NCBI GenBank assembly: GCA_002774365.1
Contig: PEYM01000002.1
Coordinates: forward strand, 1 to 52,196
DNA length: 52,196 nt
Origin: Candidatus Saganbacteria bacterium CG08_land_8_20_14_0_20_45_16
Lineage (GTDB): Bacteria > Margulisbacteria > WOR-1 > O2-12-FULL-45-9
Direction: 5' to 3'
The translations under genes were made by a program, and so were the position numbers. Of the stretch, positions 19,759 to 29,330 are shown in pieces. Numbering within the stretch: the first letter of the stretch is position 1; every line of letters starts with the position of its first letter. Below the pieces are notes generated by a model. It was not told the DNA's origin. It searched no databases and saw only the letters and a program-made list of their open reading frames with translations.

Positions 19759-20816
19759 TATAATTTTTTGAGCTTGGCTGCGCGGTCAGCGTCAATTAAG
19801 GCTTCGATGGCCTCGTTAATGTCACCGTCAAGAAAATCATTTAAGCGGTAGATGGTAAAACCAATCCGATGATCAGTGATGCGGCCCTGGGGAAAATTAT
19901 AGGTCCTGATCTTTTCTGATCGGTCACCAGTGCCGACCATGATCTTGCGGGTTTCTGACCTTTCTTTCCTGGCTTTTTCTTCGGCTTGTTCTAGCAGCTT
20001 TGTCTTTAAGAGTTTCATGGCCTTGACCCTGTTTTGCAACTGGGAGCGCTCTTCTTGGCAAGCGACTACTAGCCCTGTTGGCAGGTGGGTAATTCTAATG
20101 GCCGAGCTGACCTTGTTGACGTTTTGGCCGCCTGGTCCGCCAGCCCGGTAGGTGTCAACCCGAAGGTCACTCTGATCAATTTTTACGTCAACATCTTCAG
20201 CCTCTGGCATAACCACGACTGTGGCTGCCGAAGTGTGTACCCTGCCGTTGCTTTCTGTGGCTGGGACCCGCTGGACACGGTGAGTCCCGCCTTCATATTT
20301 TAAACGGCTATAAGCGCCATGGCCGATAAGATTAAAGGTAACCTCTTTGTAGCCGCCCAGGCCAGTGGGGCTGGAGCTGATTATTTCAGTTTTCCAGCCA
20401 GAACGTTCGGCAAAGCGCAAGTACATGCGCAGGAGCTCTCCGGCAAACAAAGCTGCTTCCTCACCGCCGGTGCCAGCCCTGATCTCCATAATAATGTTTT
20501 TGTCATCAAATGGGTCTTTGGGTAAAAGCAAGATCTTTATCTTTTTGGCCAGTTGGGCTTCTTTGGCCTCTAGTTTTTCCAGCTCAATTTTGGCCATTTC
20601 TTGCATTTCTGAATCGTTTAAAAGGGCCTTTGTTTCCTTAATTTCTTGGAAAACCTTGAGGTATGCTTGGCCTTTCTCATAAATTCCCTTTAAATCACCC
20701 AGTTCTTTGGAATAGCTTTGGAATTTCTCGCGGTCTGAGATGATCACGGGGTCAGAGAGAAGTTTTTCTAGTTCCTTGTAGCGATCAATAGGCGTAGCTA
20801 GTTTTTTCTCCAGCAT
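19758..20816 (-). CDS. prfA: peptide chain release factor 1
   Basis: GTGGEEAALF, RVQRVPAT (PxT anticodon) and GGQ motifs. Confidence 0.97.
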   Translation of the reverse strand: MLEKKLATPIDRYKELEKLLSDPVIISDREKFQSYSKELGDLKGIYEKGQAYLKVFQEIKETKALLNDSEMQEMAKIELEKLEAKEAQLAKKIKILLLPKDPFDDKNIIMEIRAGTGGEEAALFAGELLRMYLRFAERSGWKTEIISSSPTGLGGYKEVTFNLIGHGAYSRLKYEGGTHRVQRVPATESNGRVHTSAATVVVMPEAEDVDVKIDQSDLRVDTYRAGGPGGQNVNKVSSAIRITHLPTGLVVACQEERSQLQNRVKAMKLLKTKLLEQAEEKARKERSETRKIMVGTGDRSEKIRTYNFPQGRITDHRIGFTIYRLNDFLDGDINEAIEALIDADRAAKLKKL

Positions 20817-20825
20817 TAAACTAGG

Positions 20826-21107
20826 CTACTTTTTGGCTTTAGCTTTGGCTTTGGTGGTTTTGGTTGCGGTTTTCTTCTTTTTAACGGTTTTCTTGGGCTT
20901 GCGCAGGGTGACATTAGCATAGCGCTTCCTGAATTTTTCAACTCGGCCTTCGCTATCGATCAATTTTTGTTTGCCGGTAAAGAGCGGGTGGCAGGCGGAA
21001 CAAATGTCAACGTGCAGTTTTTCTTTGGTTGAACCAATGTCAAAAACAGCGCCACAAGCGCAATGGGCTGTGGTGGCATAATATTTGGGATGGATCTTTT
21101 CTTTCAT
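20826..21107 (-). CDS. rpmE: 50S ribosomal protein L31 (Zn-binding type, Lys-rich tail)
   Basis: [31 protein letters not shown]. Confidence 0.96.
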   Translation of the reverse strand: MKEKIHPKYYATTAHCACGAVFDIGSTKEKLHVDICSACHPLFTGKQKLIDSEGRVEKFRKRYANVTLRKPKKTVKKKKTATKTTKAKAKAKK

Positions 21108-21114
21108 AATGTAT

Positions 21115-21960
21115 TTATTTTAGCACAGGCCTGGGGATTTGTCCACGGGCTGTGATCATAATAATATCGGTGTAGGCGTACAATTTAGCTGGATTAAAGA
21201 CCTGGCAGGGCAGGCAAAGGATGAGGCCAAGGCAGAGGGCTAGCCGATAAAGATGAAAGGTCAATTCGCCGTAATGTTTGCGGCAAAAGTAAAGCCCGCC
21301 GCGAAAGCCTTCGATAAAAAGTTTAGGGTTGAATTTACGCTTGCTGCTGTAACCACCATAATGCACGATCTCGGCGGCTGGGACAAAATAAATTTTCCAG
21401 CCAGCCCTGCGGATCGAAAGACACCAATCTAGATCATCATTGTAGAAAAAAAGATTTTCATCCATTAGGCCGACTTGTGAGAGTACCTCTTTTCTGACCA
21501 TGAGGGCAGCGCCAATTACAAAGTCGACGCTTGTTGGTACTTTGGCTCGCCAAAACTTTTTCCCCAAAAGCCCTCCTTGATGCTGAAGCGTGCCATTGGT
21601 ATTTAAAAGCTTAGGACCGCAAGCCCCGGCAGATGGGGTTTGATCCATAAATTGGACAAGTTTGTTAAGTGCCCCAGCTTTGACAAGGGTGTCGTCGTTG
21701 AGTAGCATAATGTAGCGTCCGTGAGCGATCTTGAGCCCCAGATTGCTGGCTTTGATAAAACCCAAATTAGAATCATTCTCAATTAGTTTAACTTCGGGAA
21801 ACTCTGTTTTAATCAGGGTTTGCGAGCCATCGCTTGAAGCGTTATCTGAGACTATTATTTCAAGATTAAGCTGTTGCGGGCGATGGTAGATGGAGTGCAG
21901 ACACTCTTTGAGTAGTTTTTTGTTATTGGTGTTAACGATAATGATGGATAGGTCTTTCAT
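21115..21960 (-). CDS. GT2 glycosyltransferase (WbbL/rhamnosyltransferase-like)
   Basis: [26 protein letters not shown] and YNDDLDWC motifs. Confidence 0.88.
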   Translation of the reverse strand: MKDLSIIIVNTNNKKLLKECLHSIYHRPQQLNLEIIVSDNASSDGSQTLIKTEFPEVKLIENDSNLGFIKASNLGLKIAHGRYIMLLNDDTLVKAGALNKLVQFMDQTPSAGACGPKLLNTNGTLQHQGGLLGKKFWRAKVPTSVDFVIGAALMVRKEVLSQVGLMDENLFFYNDDLDWCLSIRRAGWKIYFVPAAEIVHYGGYSSKRKFNPKLFIEGFRGGLYFCRKHYGELTFHLYRLALCLGLILCLPCQVFNPAKLYAYTDIIMITARGQIPRPVLK

Positions 21961-21962
21961 GT

Positions 21963-23357
21963 TTAAGGATGACCTTCGTTTTCTTTATAATCATCAAACC
22001 GCAACATCTTATAGTGGCTGATATAATCTTCGATCAAATTAAGTTGATAATTAATTTCTGTCACTGTTGAAAAATGTTCTGCGGCTTGTTGCCTAATGGT
22101 TGTGTTATCTTCGCCAAAATAGAGAACGCTTTCGCCTTTTTTAAGGTCAGGGATGCCCCAAAGCTCATACTGTTTTTCTCCCCACAGCGAGCCAGGCTTC
22201 ATAAAGCCGGTCGCCAGATAAATTGGTCTTTGAGTGTAAAATTCAAGTAAAGAGGCCGCGACATTGGTCCTGGCAAAAATCTTTGTTCCTGACGGCAAGG
22301 CTTGGGCCAGCTGTTGGTTCTGATGATAAGCTGATTGGGAGCTTAAAATTGCTGGGGAGATCCAAAACAGAATGCTGATGATTAAAAGCAAAAAAACAAT
22401 GACTGCGGTAAAGAATTTTCTCAAGCGCTTTTGGCTTTCCCAGAGATAAGCAATAGTTAGTGGAATGGCGGCAATGTAGCCGACCGAGGGCCAATGTGCC
22501 CAGACCTTAATCTTAACAGCGGCTAGCAAAAAGACCAAGAGTGGCACAGCTGAAAAATAGACGAACACCCTGGTGAGCGGGCCGCGTTTTAAACCAAACC
22601 GCCAGGCGCCCCAAAGGGCAAAACAAAAGAAAGGTGTGAAATGCACCAGCTGGTCCCCAATAAAGGCTGGAAAATTTGTGCCGAGGGTGTCTGATGTGGT
22701 CTTAGCCGCGTGAAAAGCAAAAGAGGCGAATTGATGTTGGGCATTCCAGATCAAAACTGGGCTAAAAACCAAAAGCGATAGTAAAAATGCCAGGTAGGGT
22801 TGCCGGCTCTTGAACCAGGGCCTTTGCTCAGGAGTGGTAATGGTAAAAAGAAAAAGGCTTGGCCAGAAAAGCAGCATGGTGTATTTGCTAAGACAGCCCA
22901 GGCCAACGAGCAGTCCCAGTAGATACCAGAGCTGCAAGTTTTGAGATTTAATAATTTTGATAAGCACCAGCAAGCTGGCGCACCAGAAAAATGTCAAGGG
23001 CAGCTCCACAAACATGGTTAGCCAAATGATCAAGAAATGTGGAATAATCTGAAAAAAGACCGCGGACCAGAAAGCGATTTCTTTATTAAAGATCTCTTTA
23101 GCGATAAAAAAGATAAACAGACTGACAGCAGTAGCGATGAGCAGTGTGCCTAACCGTAAACCGATCAAGCTGGACGTGCCGCCGGTCAAGAGAAAACTTA
23201 AATAAGCAACCATGGGTGGATGGTCTACATAAGAGAGGGCGAGGTGTTTTGACCAGAGCCAATAATAAGACTCGTCTGCAGTAATAGGGAAGAGCAAGCT
23301 AAGCAAGAGCCGGAGCAGGGCAAAGCCAGCCAAGGTAATAATTAGTTTTTGGGTCAT
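21963..23357 (-). CDS. ArnT/PMT_2-family (GT39/83) membrane glycosyltransferase
   Basis: DESYYWLWSKHL...YVDHPPM and LSKYT motifs; multi-TM. Confidence 0.85.
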   Translation of the reverse strand: MTQKLIITLAGFALLRLLLSLLFPITADESYYWLWSKHLALSYVDHPPMVAYLSFLLTGGTSSLIGLRLGTLLIATAVSLFIFFIAKEIFNKEIAFWSAVFFQIIPHFLIIWLTMFVELPLTFFWCASLLVLIKIIKSQNLQLWYLLGLLVGLGCLSKYTMLLFWPSLFLFTITTPEQRPWFKSRQPYLAFLLSLLVFSPVLIWNAQHQFASFAFHAAKTTSDTLGTNFPAFIGDQLVHFTPFFCFALWGAWRFGLKRGPLTRVFVYFSAVPLLVFLLAAVKIKVWAHWPSVGYIAAIPLTIAYLWESQKRLRKFFTAVIVFLLLIISILFWISPAILSSQSAYHQNQQLAQALPSGTKIFARTNVAASLLEFYTQRPIYLATGFMKPGSLWGEKQYELWGIPDLKKGESVLYFGEDNTTIRQQAAEHFSTVTEINYQLNLIEDYISHYKMLRFDDYKENEGHP

Positions 23358-24754
23358 TATGGCAATTCTCCTCCCTTATAGCCAAAACAGTGGTAGATTT
23401 CAGTCTTGCTGGGAATTTCCGCGTCTTTGGTGAAAATTCTTTTTTGGGGATCTTTTGTCACCTGCTGAAAAAGCAAAATAAGCTGATCATAAACTTCCTT
23501 TTCGTTAAGCGCAAAATAAAGGGCATTGTCGCCATTTTTAAGGGCTGGCTTTCCCCAGAGATCAAATTGCCTTAGCCTGCCAGGCGCCATTTGGACAGTG
23601 ACGTGACCGTGAAACGCCACTAGACCGGCTAGCCCTAAATTATTGGCTAGATAAAAAGTGTACCCATTTTTGGGCGTAGCATTTTTGATGAATTCCGGTA
23701 GTTTTTGATTGATAGTAAATTCTTGGCCAATTAGTTCTGGTGGGGTGGGGAAGAAAAACAAATAGTAGCCCAGAGCTAGGCTGTTGAGCAATAATGCAAA
23801 GAATAAGGTTAAACCGACCAGCCACGTTCGCGTTTTGCCTGACAGCTGCCCGAGCAAAAGGACTGCTGGCAGATAAGCAGCCGCAGGCCAATGCCCGCCC
23901 ACCGTCATCAGTGGAGCAAGGGCCAGAAAAACCAGCAAGACTGGCAGAGAAAAAGCAGCCAGTAAAGTTGTTCGCGGATCAAATTTCCTTAATTGCCAGA
24001 GCAGATAAAAAACCGCGCCAAAAACAATTGGCGTGTATAGGGCTGTTTCCAGAGCAATAAAAGAGAGGAGATTTTGCAGATAGTTTGGTGTGCCTCCCAT
24101 CTTGCCTGACCAGTAAAACAAAGGGACAAAGCCTTGCTTTAAGTTCCAGATAATGACTGGTGAAAAAATGGCCAAGGCGAGCAGGGCGGCCGCATAAGGT
24201 TGAAGTTTAGACAACCAAAAGCGTTGTTCTTTATTTAGGATAAGGTAGAGCCCAACTGCTGGGAAAAACAAGAGCATAACATAATCACTCAAAAGGCCAA
24301 GGCCAACAGTTGTCCCTAGGGCCAACCAGAGCCAGGGTTGGCTGGTCTTAATAAGGCGGCAAAAAAGATAAAGGCTTAGTGCCCAGTAAAAGAGAAAGGG
24401 TTGTTGGGGGACTAAGAAAAGGCTGCCGCCAAAGAAAATTGGCAGGAGATTGAAAATAACTGCTGATATTATTCCGGCTTGCTGGCTAAAAAGCTCTTGC
24501 CCGATCTTGTAGACCAGCCAGGTGGTTAGCGTGACTAAAAGAATTGCACCCAGTCTGATAGCTAGTTCTGTATTGCCGAACAATAAGGTTAAGCCTTTTA
24601 TGTAGTAAGCGATCATCGGGGGATGGTCGACATAGCTTAGATCTAAATGTTTTGACCAGAGCCAATAAAAGGCCTCGTCGCCGATCAGGGGAAGATAGCG
24701 CGCCAGACAAATCTTGAAAATATTTAGGACTATTAGAAAAACAGCAAAATGCAT
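23357..24754 (-). CDS. ArnT/PMT_2-family membrane glycosyltransferase, tandem paralog
   Basis: DEAFYWLWSKHLDLSYVDHPPM motif; multi-TM. Confidence 0.85.
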   Translation of the reverse strand: MHFAVFLIVLNIFKICLARYLPLIGDEAFYWLWSKHLDLSYVDHPPMIAYYIKGLTLLFGNTELAIRLGAILLVTLTTWLVYKIGQELFSQQAGIISAVIFNLLPIFFGGSLFLVPQQPFLFYWALSLYLFCRLIKTSQPWLWLALGTTVGLGLLSDYVMLLFFPAVGLYLILNKEQRFWLSKLQPYAAALLALAIFSPVIIWNLKQGFVPLFYWSGKMGGTPNYLQNLLSFIALETALYTPIVFGAVFYLLWQLRKFDPRTTLLAAFSLPVLLVFLALAPLMTVGGHWPAAAYLPAVLLLGQLSGKTRTWLVGLTLFFALLLNSLALGYYLFFFPTPPELIGQEFTINQKLPEFIKNATPKNGYTFYLANNLGLAGLVAFHGHVTVQMAPGRLRQFDLWGKPALKNGDNALYFALNEKEVYDQLILLFQQVTKDPQKRIFTKDAEIPSKTEIYHCFGYKGGELP

Positions 24755-24783
24755 ATTAATCTAAAATTATATCACGCAAAAAA

Positions 24784-24810
24784 TGAAATTTTTTGTCTTT
24801 TTGTCTGATA
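24784..24810 (+). promoter_or_regulatory. sigma-28-like motif TGAAATTT-N15-GATA
   Basis: TGAAATTT TTTGTCTTTTTGTCT GATAGAT upstream of orphan 24936. Confidence 0.6.
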
Positions 24811-24935
24811 GATCATATAGAGAGTTCCAAAAAATTTGATTTTCTTTGCTTGTCGACGAGACGTCGAGCCTGAGAGGCTTGGCTACGCGGGCAAAAGGCC
24901 AATTATTCTGAGCTTTCGTATAGAGGAGATAAAGC

Positions 24936-25709
24936 ATGACACTAGGCGATACCAGAAACATTACCAGTTCATATCAGCAGCAAGTAGCTGGTTTAGAGCG
25001 ATTAGCCCACCAAGCTAAAGCCCTGGGAATTCTAAGACAGGCACAGGCGGTTTTAGCCCCTCCCAGTATGACTCCAATTTTTACTGGTTTTTTTTCACTC
25101 AGGATCAAAAAAGTTGACCTTGCTGGTTTTCTTACAGGGTTGGAGAGCACTAGGATTTCGCTGGCGCTAGCTGATCGGGCCTTACTGGATATAACTGAAC
25201 TGTTTAGACGTTTGAGTAATGGGCCAGATTCAAGAGATCAGATACTTGCTGAGCTTGATTTTGGCGAGTTTTTGGTCGAACTGAGTAATGGTTCTACTGT
25301 GGCCGAACTCCTGTTGCAAGATTGGCAAGTTGAGCTTAAAGCTCCTTTTTTAGGGAGACCCCTTTTGTCTTACTCGAGTGCTGAGAATGTAACCATCGAG
25401 ACATTGTTAGGTGATGATATATTAGGTTTAGACAAGAGTGATCCGGTTGCTAGGGTTGATCTATCCTGGCCATATCCTTGTTTTGTGGCCCAATATCTTA
25501 TCCCAGATGTTCTAGGGGCTAAGGCTGTTAAGCGTTATGGGCCAAACAAAGTGACTGGGCTCCAATCAGCCAGAGATGTATTTATTAGGGCTAATACTTT
25601 AGGATTATCTTTTTTTCTTGAGACTTTTGAGGTGTTCGGTCGTTTGTTAAGTGCTTTGCTGAGACAGTGCCTTGAGATAAAACTAGGTGTACCGAAAAAG
25701 AGCGTTTAG
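24936..25709 (+). CDS. orphan hypothetical protein (257 aa)
   Basis: SD GAGGAG, fills an intergenic gap, motif upstream. Confidence 0.7.
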   Translation: MTLGDTRNITSSYQQQVAGLERLAHQAKALGILRQAQAVLAPPSMTPIFTGFFSLRIKKVDLAGFLTGLESTRISLALADRALLDITELFRRLSNGPDSRDQILAELDFGEFLVELSNGSTVAELLLQDWQVELKAPFLGRPLLSYSSAENVTIETLLGDDILGLDKSDPVARVDLSWPYPCFVAQYLIPDVLGAKAVKRYGPNKVTGLQSARDVFIRANTLGLSFFLETFEVFGRLLSALLRQCLEIKLGVPKKSV

Positions 25710-25749
25710 CCCTCACTCTCTAACCTCAAAAGTGATAAAATAATTAGGC

Positions 25750-26736
25750 ATGCGGATATTAATTACTAAATTAGGGGCGATAGGGGATGTTATTAGGACG
25801 ACCTCAATTCTTAAAGGGCTGAGAGAGAAATATCAGCCAGTCGAGCTTGATTGGCTAACCTCTCTGGCGGCTAAATCAGTTCTTTTAAATAATCATTTGA
25901 TTGACCACCTTTATACTTGGGAGGAGCGGGATACCCTTTCTTCTTATGATTTGGTCATTGGCTTAGAGGATGAACTTGAGATTTGTGAATTGGTTCACAA
26001 ACTTGGGCAGGGAAAAATTCTCGGGGCTTTTGCCAAAGATGGGGAAGGCACCTACACACCTTCGGCCTGGTTTGATATGTCGGTAATCTCAAAATTTGGG
26101 CTGACGAGGGCTAATGAGCTTAAGAAGCTGAACAAGAAGACCTTTCAGCAGCATATGGGGGAGCTATTAGGGGTGAGGTGTGGGGAGTATGTTTTTGAGT
26201 TGATGGAGGAGGAACGGGAGTATGGGAGGAAGGGGATTAGGGATTTGGGCTTAGGGGCTAGGGAGAAAATTATTGGGATTAATACCGGGGCTGGAAAGCG
26301 CTGGCCACTGAAAGCGCTTACAATTGAAAAGACGATTGAGATTGTGAAACGATTCACTAATGAACTGGGGTTGGTTTCCCTGATCTTGGGTGGGGAAGAG
26401 GAACAAGAGCGCAACAAGATTATTGCCAAAGAAACAGGAATGCCTAGTGCTGGTGTCCACCCCCTGCGTTATTTTGCGGCCATTATTGATCAAACCCAAG
26501 CGCTGCTTTCATCTGATAGCCTAGCCTTGCACTTTGGCCTAGCCCTTAAAAAACCGGTCGTGGCCTTTTTTGGGCCGACCTCGTCAACTGAGATTGAACT
26601 TTATGGGTGCGGCATCAAGGTTTTGCCAAAACTTGATTGTTTGACTTGTTATCAAAAAAAGTGCAATCAAAAGAGTAATTGCCTGGATAGTTTGGCTGTT
26701 GACGAGATTGTGGAGGGGGTTAAATGCAGCATCTAG
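25750..26736 (+). CDS. GT9 (heptosyltransferase-like) glycosyltransferase
   Basis: KLGAIGDV, DSLALH...AFFGPT and Cys-rich C-terminus. In-frame GGGATTA-type array at 26233-26260. Confidence 0.88.
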   Translation: MRILITKLGAIGDVIRTTSILKGLREKYQPVELDWLTSLAAKSVLLNNHLIDHLYTWEERDTLSSYDLVIGLEDELEICELVHKLGQGKILGAFAKDGEGTYTPSAWFDMSVISKFGLTRANELKKLNKKTFQQHMGELLGVRCGEYVFELMEEEREYGRKGIRDLGLGAREKIIGINTGAGKRWPLKALTIEKTIEIVKRFTNELGLVSLILGGEEEQERNKIIAKETGMPSAGVHPLRYFAAIIDQTQALLSSDSLALHFGLALKKPVVAFFGPTSSTEIELYGCGIKVLPKLDCLTCYQKKCNQKSNCLDSLAVDEIVEGVKCSI

Positions 26737-27596
26737 GCTTAATGATGACCTGTAATGAAGAGGATTGTATTGAAGAGGTTATGAATGAGCATACCAAATA
26801 TTTTGACAAGATTTTGGTAATTGATGGTTCAACAGACAAGACCGAAAAAATAATCCGCAGCTTTGACGCGGTTAAGTTTTTCATGAAGGATAGCGAGGTC
26901 ATTGATCAAATGCCTGGGCGAGTGATTTTTGATGGTATTCGTAAGTTTATCTTAGAAAAAGCCCAGGAAATGTATGGTTATGATGGTTGGATTACCTTGC
27001 TTCATGGGGACGAGATTTTCTACGATAACCCGATTGAGATCGCTGAAAAAGCAGAAAAAGCTGGAGTAGAAAAGGTCAACTGGTATGCGATGAATTTCTT
27101 TTTGCATACTTCTGATCTGAACCGCGACCTTGAATCAATCAAATCAGTCCAAGAACGGCTCCCTTGGTATTCTCCTGGGGCGCTGGAGATCAGGCAGTAT
27201 AAGCACAAAAAAGGGATCTATTATAATTTGGGGCAGGGGGGGAAGGTTTTGGCCGAAGGGGTGGGGTGGCAGGCTTATAAATATTTTCCAATTTACAAAC
27301 ATTATCCTTACCGCTCAGCTGCGCAGATCCTCAAAAAAAAGAGGCAAAACGAACAGACTGGTTTTTCTTGCAGCTATCAACAGGTGGCTGAGGCTAAAGA
27401 TTGTTTTCATAATGTGTTGCCTGGCTTTAAGGTTGCTCGCAGGTTTGATGGCTCGTTCCATGAGTTTGAGATCAAAAATCAGGGGTCAATGTTTTGGCGT
27501 TGGCTTCGGGCCTACCGCTATCAACCAATTAAGATTGGTAATCCCTTTGATGGCTTAGGGGATCAGCTTAAACAATTGTTTGTAGCAAAAAAATAA
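26724..27596 (+). CDS. GT2-like glycosyltransferase
   Basis: NEEDCI, VIDGSTD and LHGDE motifs. Confidence 0.7.
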   Translation: MQHLGLMMTCNEEDCIEEVMNEHTKYFDKILVIDGSTDKTEKIIRSFDAVKFFMKDSEVIDQMPGRVIFDGIRKFILEKAQEMYGYDGWITLLHGDEIFYDNPIEIAEKAEKAGVEKVNWYAMNFFLHTSDLNRDLESIKSVQERLPWYSPGALEIRQYKHKKGIYYNLGQGGKVLAEGVGWQAYKYFPIYKHYPYRSAAQILKKKRQNEQTGFSCSYQQVAEAKDCFHNVLPGFKVARRFDGSFHEFEIKNQGSMFWRWLRAYRYQPIKIGNPFDGLGDQLKQLFVAKK

Positions 27597-28464
27597 TAGT
27601 TTTGATAATCGCATAAAGCAACGCTAAGATAATCCCTGCCTGCAACACATCTAAGAACATTAAGATTGGGACTTGCCAGAAACCATAATGTTTCTTAAAG
27701 AAATAATTGCGGCTCTGGCGCCAAATGTACGCTCCCCGCAGACTTTGCCGTAATCCCTTCCATTGGCCAAACGCTTGCCCGCCATAGTGAATGATCTCTG
27801 CCTCTGGTAAAAAATAAATTTTCCAGCCAGCTTGCTTGATCCGATAACAAAGGTCAACTTCGTCGTACCAAAAAATAATTGTTTCATCAAAAGCCCCGAT
27901 CTTATCTAGTAGCTCTTTTCTCACTAATAGGGCGGCGCCCATTGGTTGGTCGACTTCTCTTAATTCATTGTGCTGCCACCACGACATCATGTATTTGCCA
28001 AAGAGTTTTGTTTTGGTAAAAATAGCATCGAGGAACAAGGTGTTATAGAGTTGGGTTTCAATGGTTGGAAAGGCTCGGCAAGAGAGTTGGAGCGAGCTGT
28101 CAGGGTTGAGCAGCCGCGGGCCCAGGCCGCCGCAATCAGCTTGTTTTTCCAGAAAAGCGATCATTTTGCTTAGAGCAGCAGGCTTGATAACTGTATCAGG
28201 GTTGAGAAAAAGGACGTATTTGCCAGTTGCTTGTTTAAAAGCTCGATTGTTTCCCTTGGTGAATCCCAGGTTGCTTTCATTTTGCAAATATTTTACTTGG
28301 GGGAATTCCGTGGTGACCATTTTAGCGGTGCCGTCGCTTGAGAGATTGTCCGAAACAAAAACTTCTAGCTCTAAATTATCTTGGTTTTGAAAGATTGAGG
28401 CTAAGCAATCCCTAAGCAGTTTTTCTACATTCCAACTGACGATAATTATTGATAGGTCAAGCAT
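27568..28464 (-). CDS. GT2 glycosyltransferase (WbbL-like)
   Basis: DLSIIIVSWN, NLGF..GNN, FLNPD and DEVDLC motifs. Confidence 0.88.
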   Translation of the reverse strand: MLDLSIIIVSWNVEKLLRDCLASIFQNQDNLELEVFVSDNLSSDGTAKMVTTEFPQVKYLQNESNLGFTKGNNRAFKQATGKYVLFLNPDTVIKPAALSKMIAFLEKQADCGGLGPRLLNPDSSLQLSCRAFPTIETQLYNTLFLDAIFTKTKLFGKYMMSWWQHNELREVDQPMGAALLVRKELLDKIGAFDETIIFWYDEVDLCYRIKQAGWKIYFLPEAEIIHYGGQAFGQWKGLRQSLRGAYIWRQSRNYFFKKHYGFWQVPILMFLDVLQAGIILALLYAIIKTIIFLLQTIV

Positions 28465-29326
28465 TGGCTAAGGCCTCTTTTATTCCGCTTAAATAATAGT
28501 ATTGTTCCAAAATATGCCTGGCGAAGTCAGATTTTTCTGCTTTGACCTCAATAAATTTAAGCAACTTGGGTAATCTTTGAATCAAGGAATGGAGCCCCAT
28601 GGCCAGAGGGTTCATGCCGACAAAGAGCTTGATTTGCATGTTTGGATGTCGGCGATAAAAAACTGCGGCTGATTTGCCCATCTTAAACATGATAGTAAGA
28701 AAATCTTTTTTGGAGACAGGGTGGAGGTGATGGTTTAAGGCGTGAGGGAGAAAGCGAAGTTTTACCCCCATTTTGTTGAGTCGATAACCAAGCTCAATAT
28801 CTTCCCAGCCATATTCCTTGAAGCTTTCATCAAATAGGCCAGCTTTAAAAATCAGCTCTTTAGAAATCGATAAGTTGCCAGTTAGAAAATATGACCAAGG
28901 GATTTTTTGCCAAGGTTTAAATTTGGTTGGGAGCTCAGTATCAGTTAGGTCTTCACGCCGCAGGCGAATTGTTTGGCCGGCAAAAGCAGTGTTGGGATAT
29001 TTAACCTTGGCAGCCAAATGCTCAGCCAGCCAATTGGGCTCACAAGGGATATCAGCGTCAGTAAAAACAATTGTTTCGCCTTGGGCCACCCGCAGGGCGT
29101 TATTTCTGGCCTTGACTTTCCCTTTGTTTTCTTGGCGAAAATAATTGAGGTGGCAGGGGGCTTTTAGCCCGTTAACCATCTCCTTGGTCCCATCGTTTGA
29201 CAGGCTGTCAACTAAGACGATCTCAAATTGGTCAGCTGGATAGGTTTGAGCAAAGAGAGACTCCAGCGTCTTTTTGAGAAGCTCACGCTGGTTTAAGGTG
29301 CCAATTATAATGCTAGCTGTGATCAT
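28457..29326 (-). CDS. GT2 glycosyltransferase
   Basis: ARN, FTDAD and FDESF..YGWEDIELGYR motifs. Confidence 0.88.
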   Translation of the reverse strand: MITASIIIGTLNQRELLKKTLESLFAQTYPADQFEIVLVDSLSNDGTKEMVNGLKAPCHLNYFRQENKGKVKARNNALRVAQGETIVFTDADIPCEPNWLAEHLAAKVKYPNTAFAGQTIRLRREDLTDTELPTKFKPWQKIPWSYFLTGNLSISKELIFKAGLFDESFKEYGWEDIELGYRLNKMGVKLRFLPHALNHHLHPVSKKDFLTIMFKMGKSAAVFYRRHPNMQIKLFVGMNPLAMGLHSLIQRLPKLLKFIEVKAEKSDFARHILEQYYYLSGIKEALANA

Positions 29327-29330
29327 GTTC

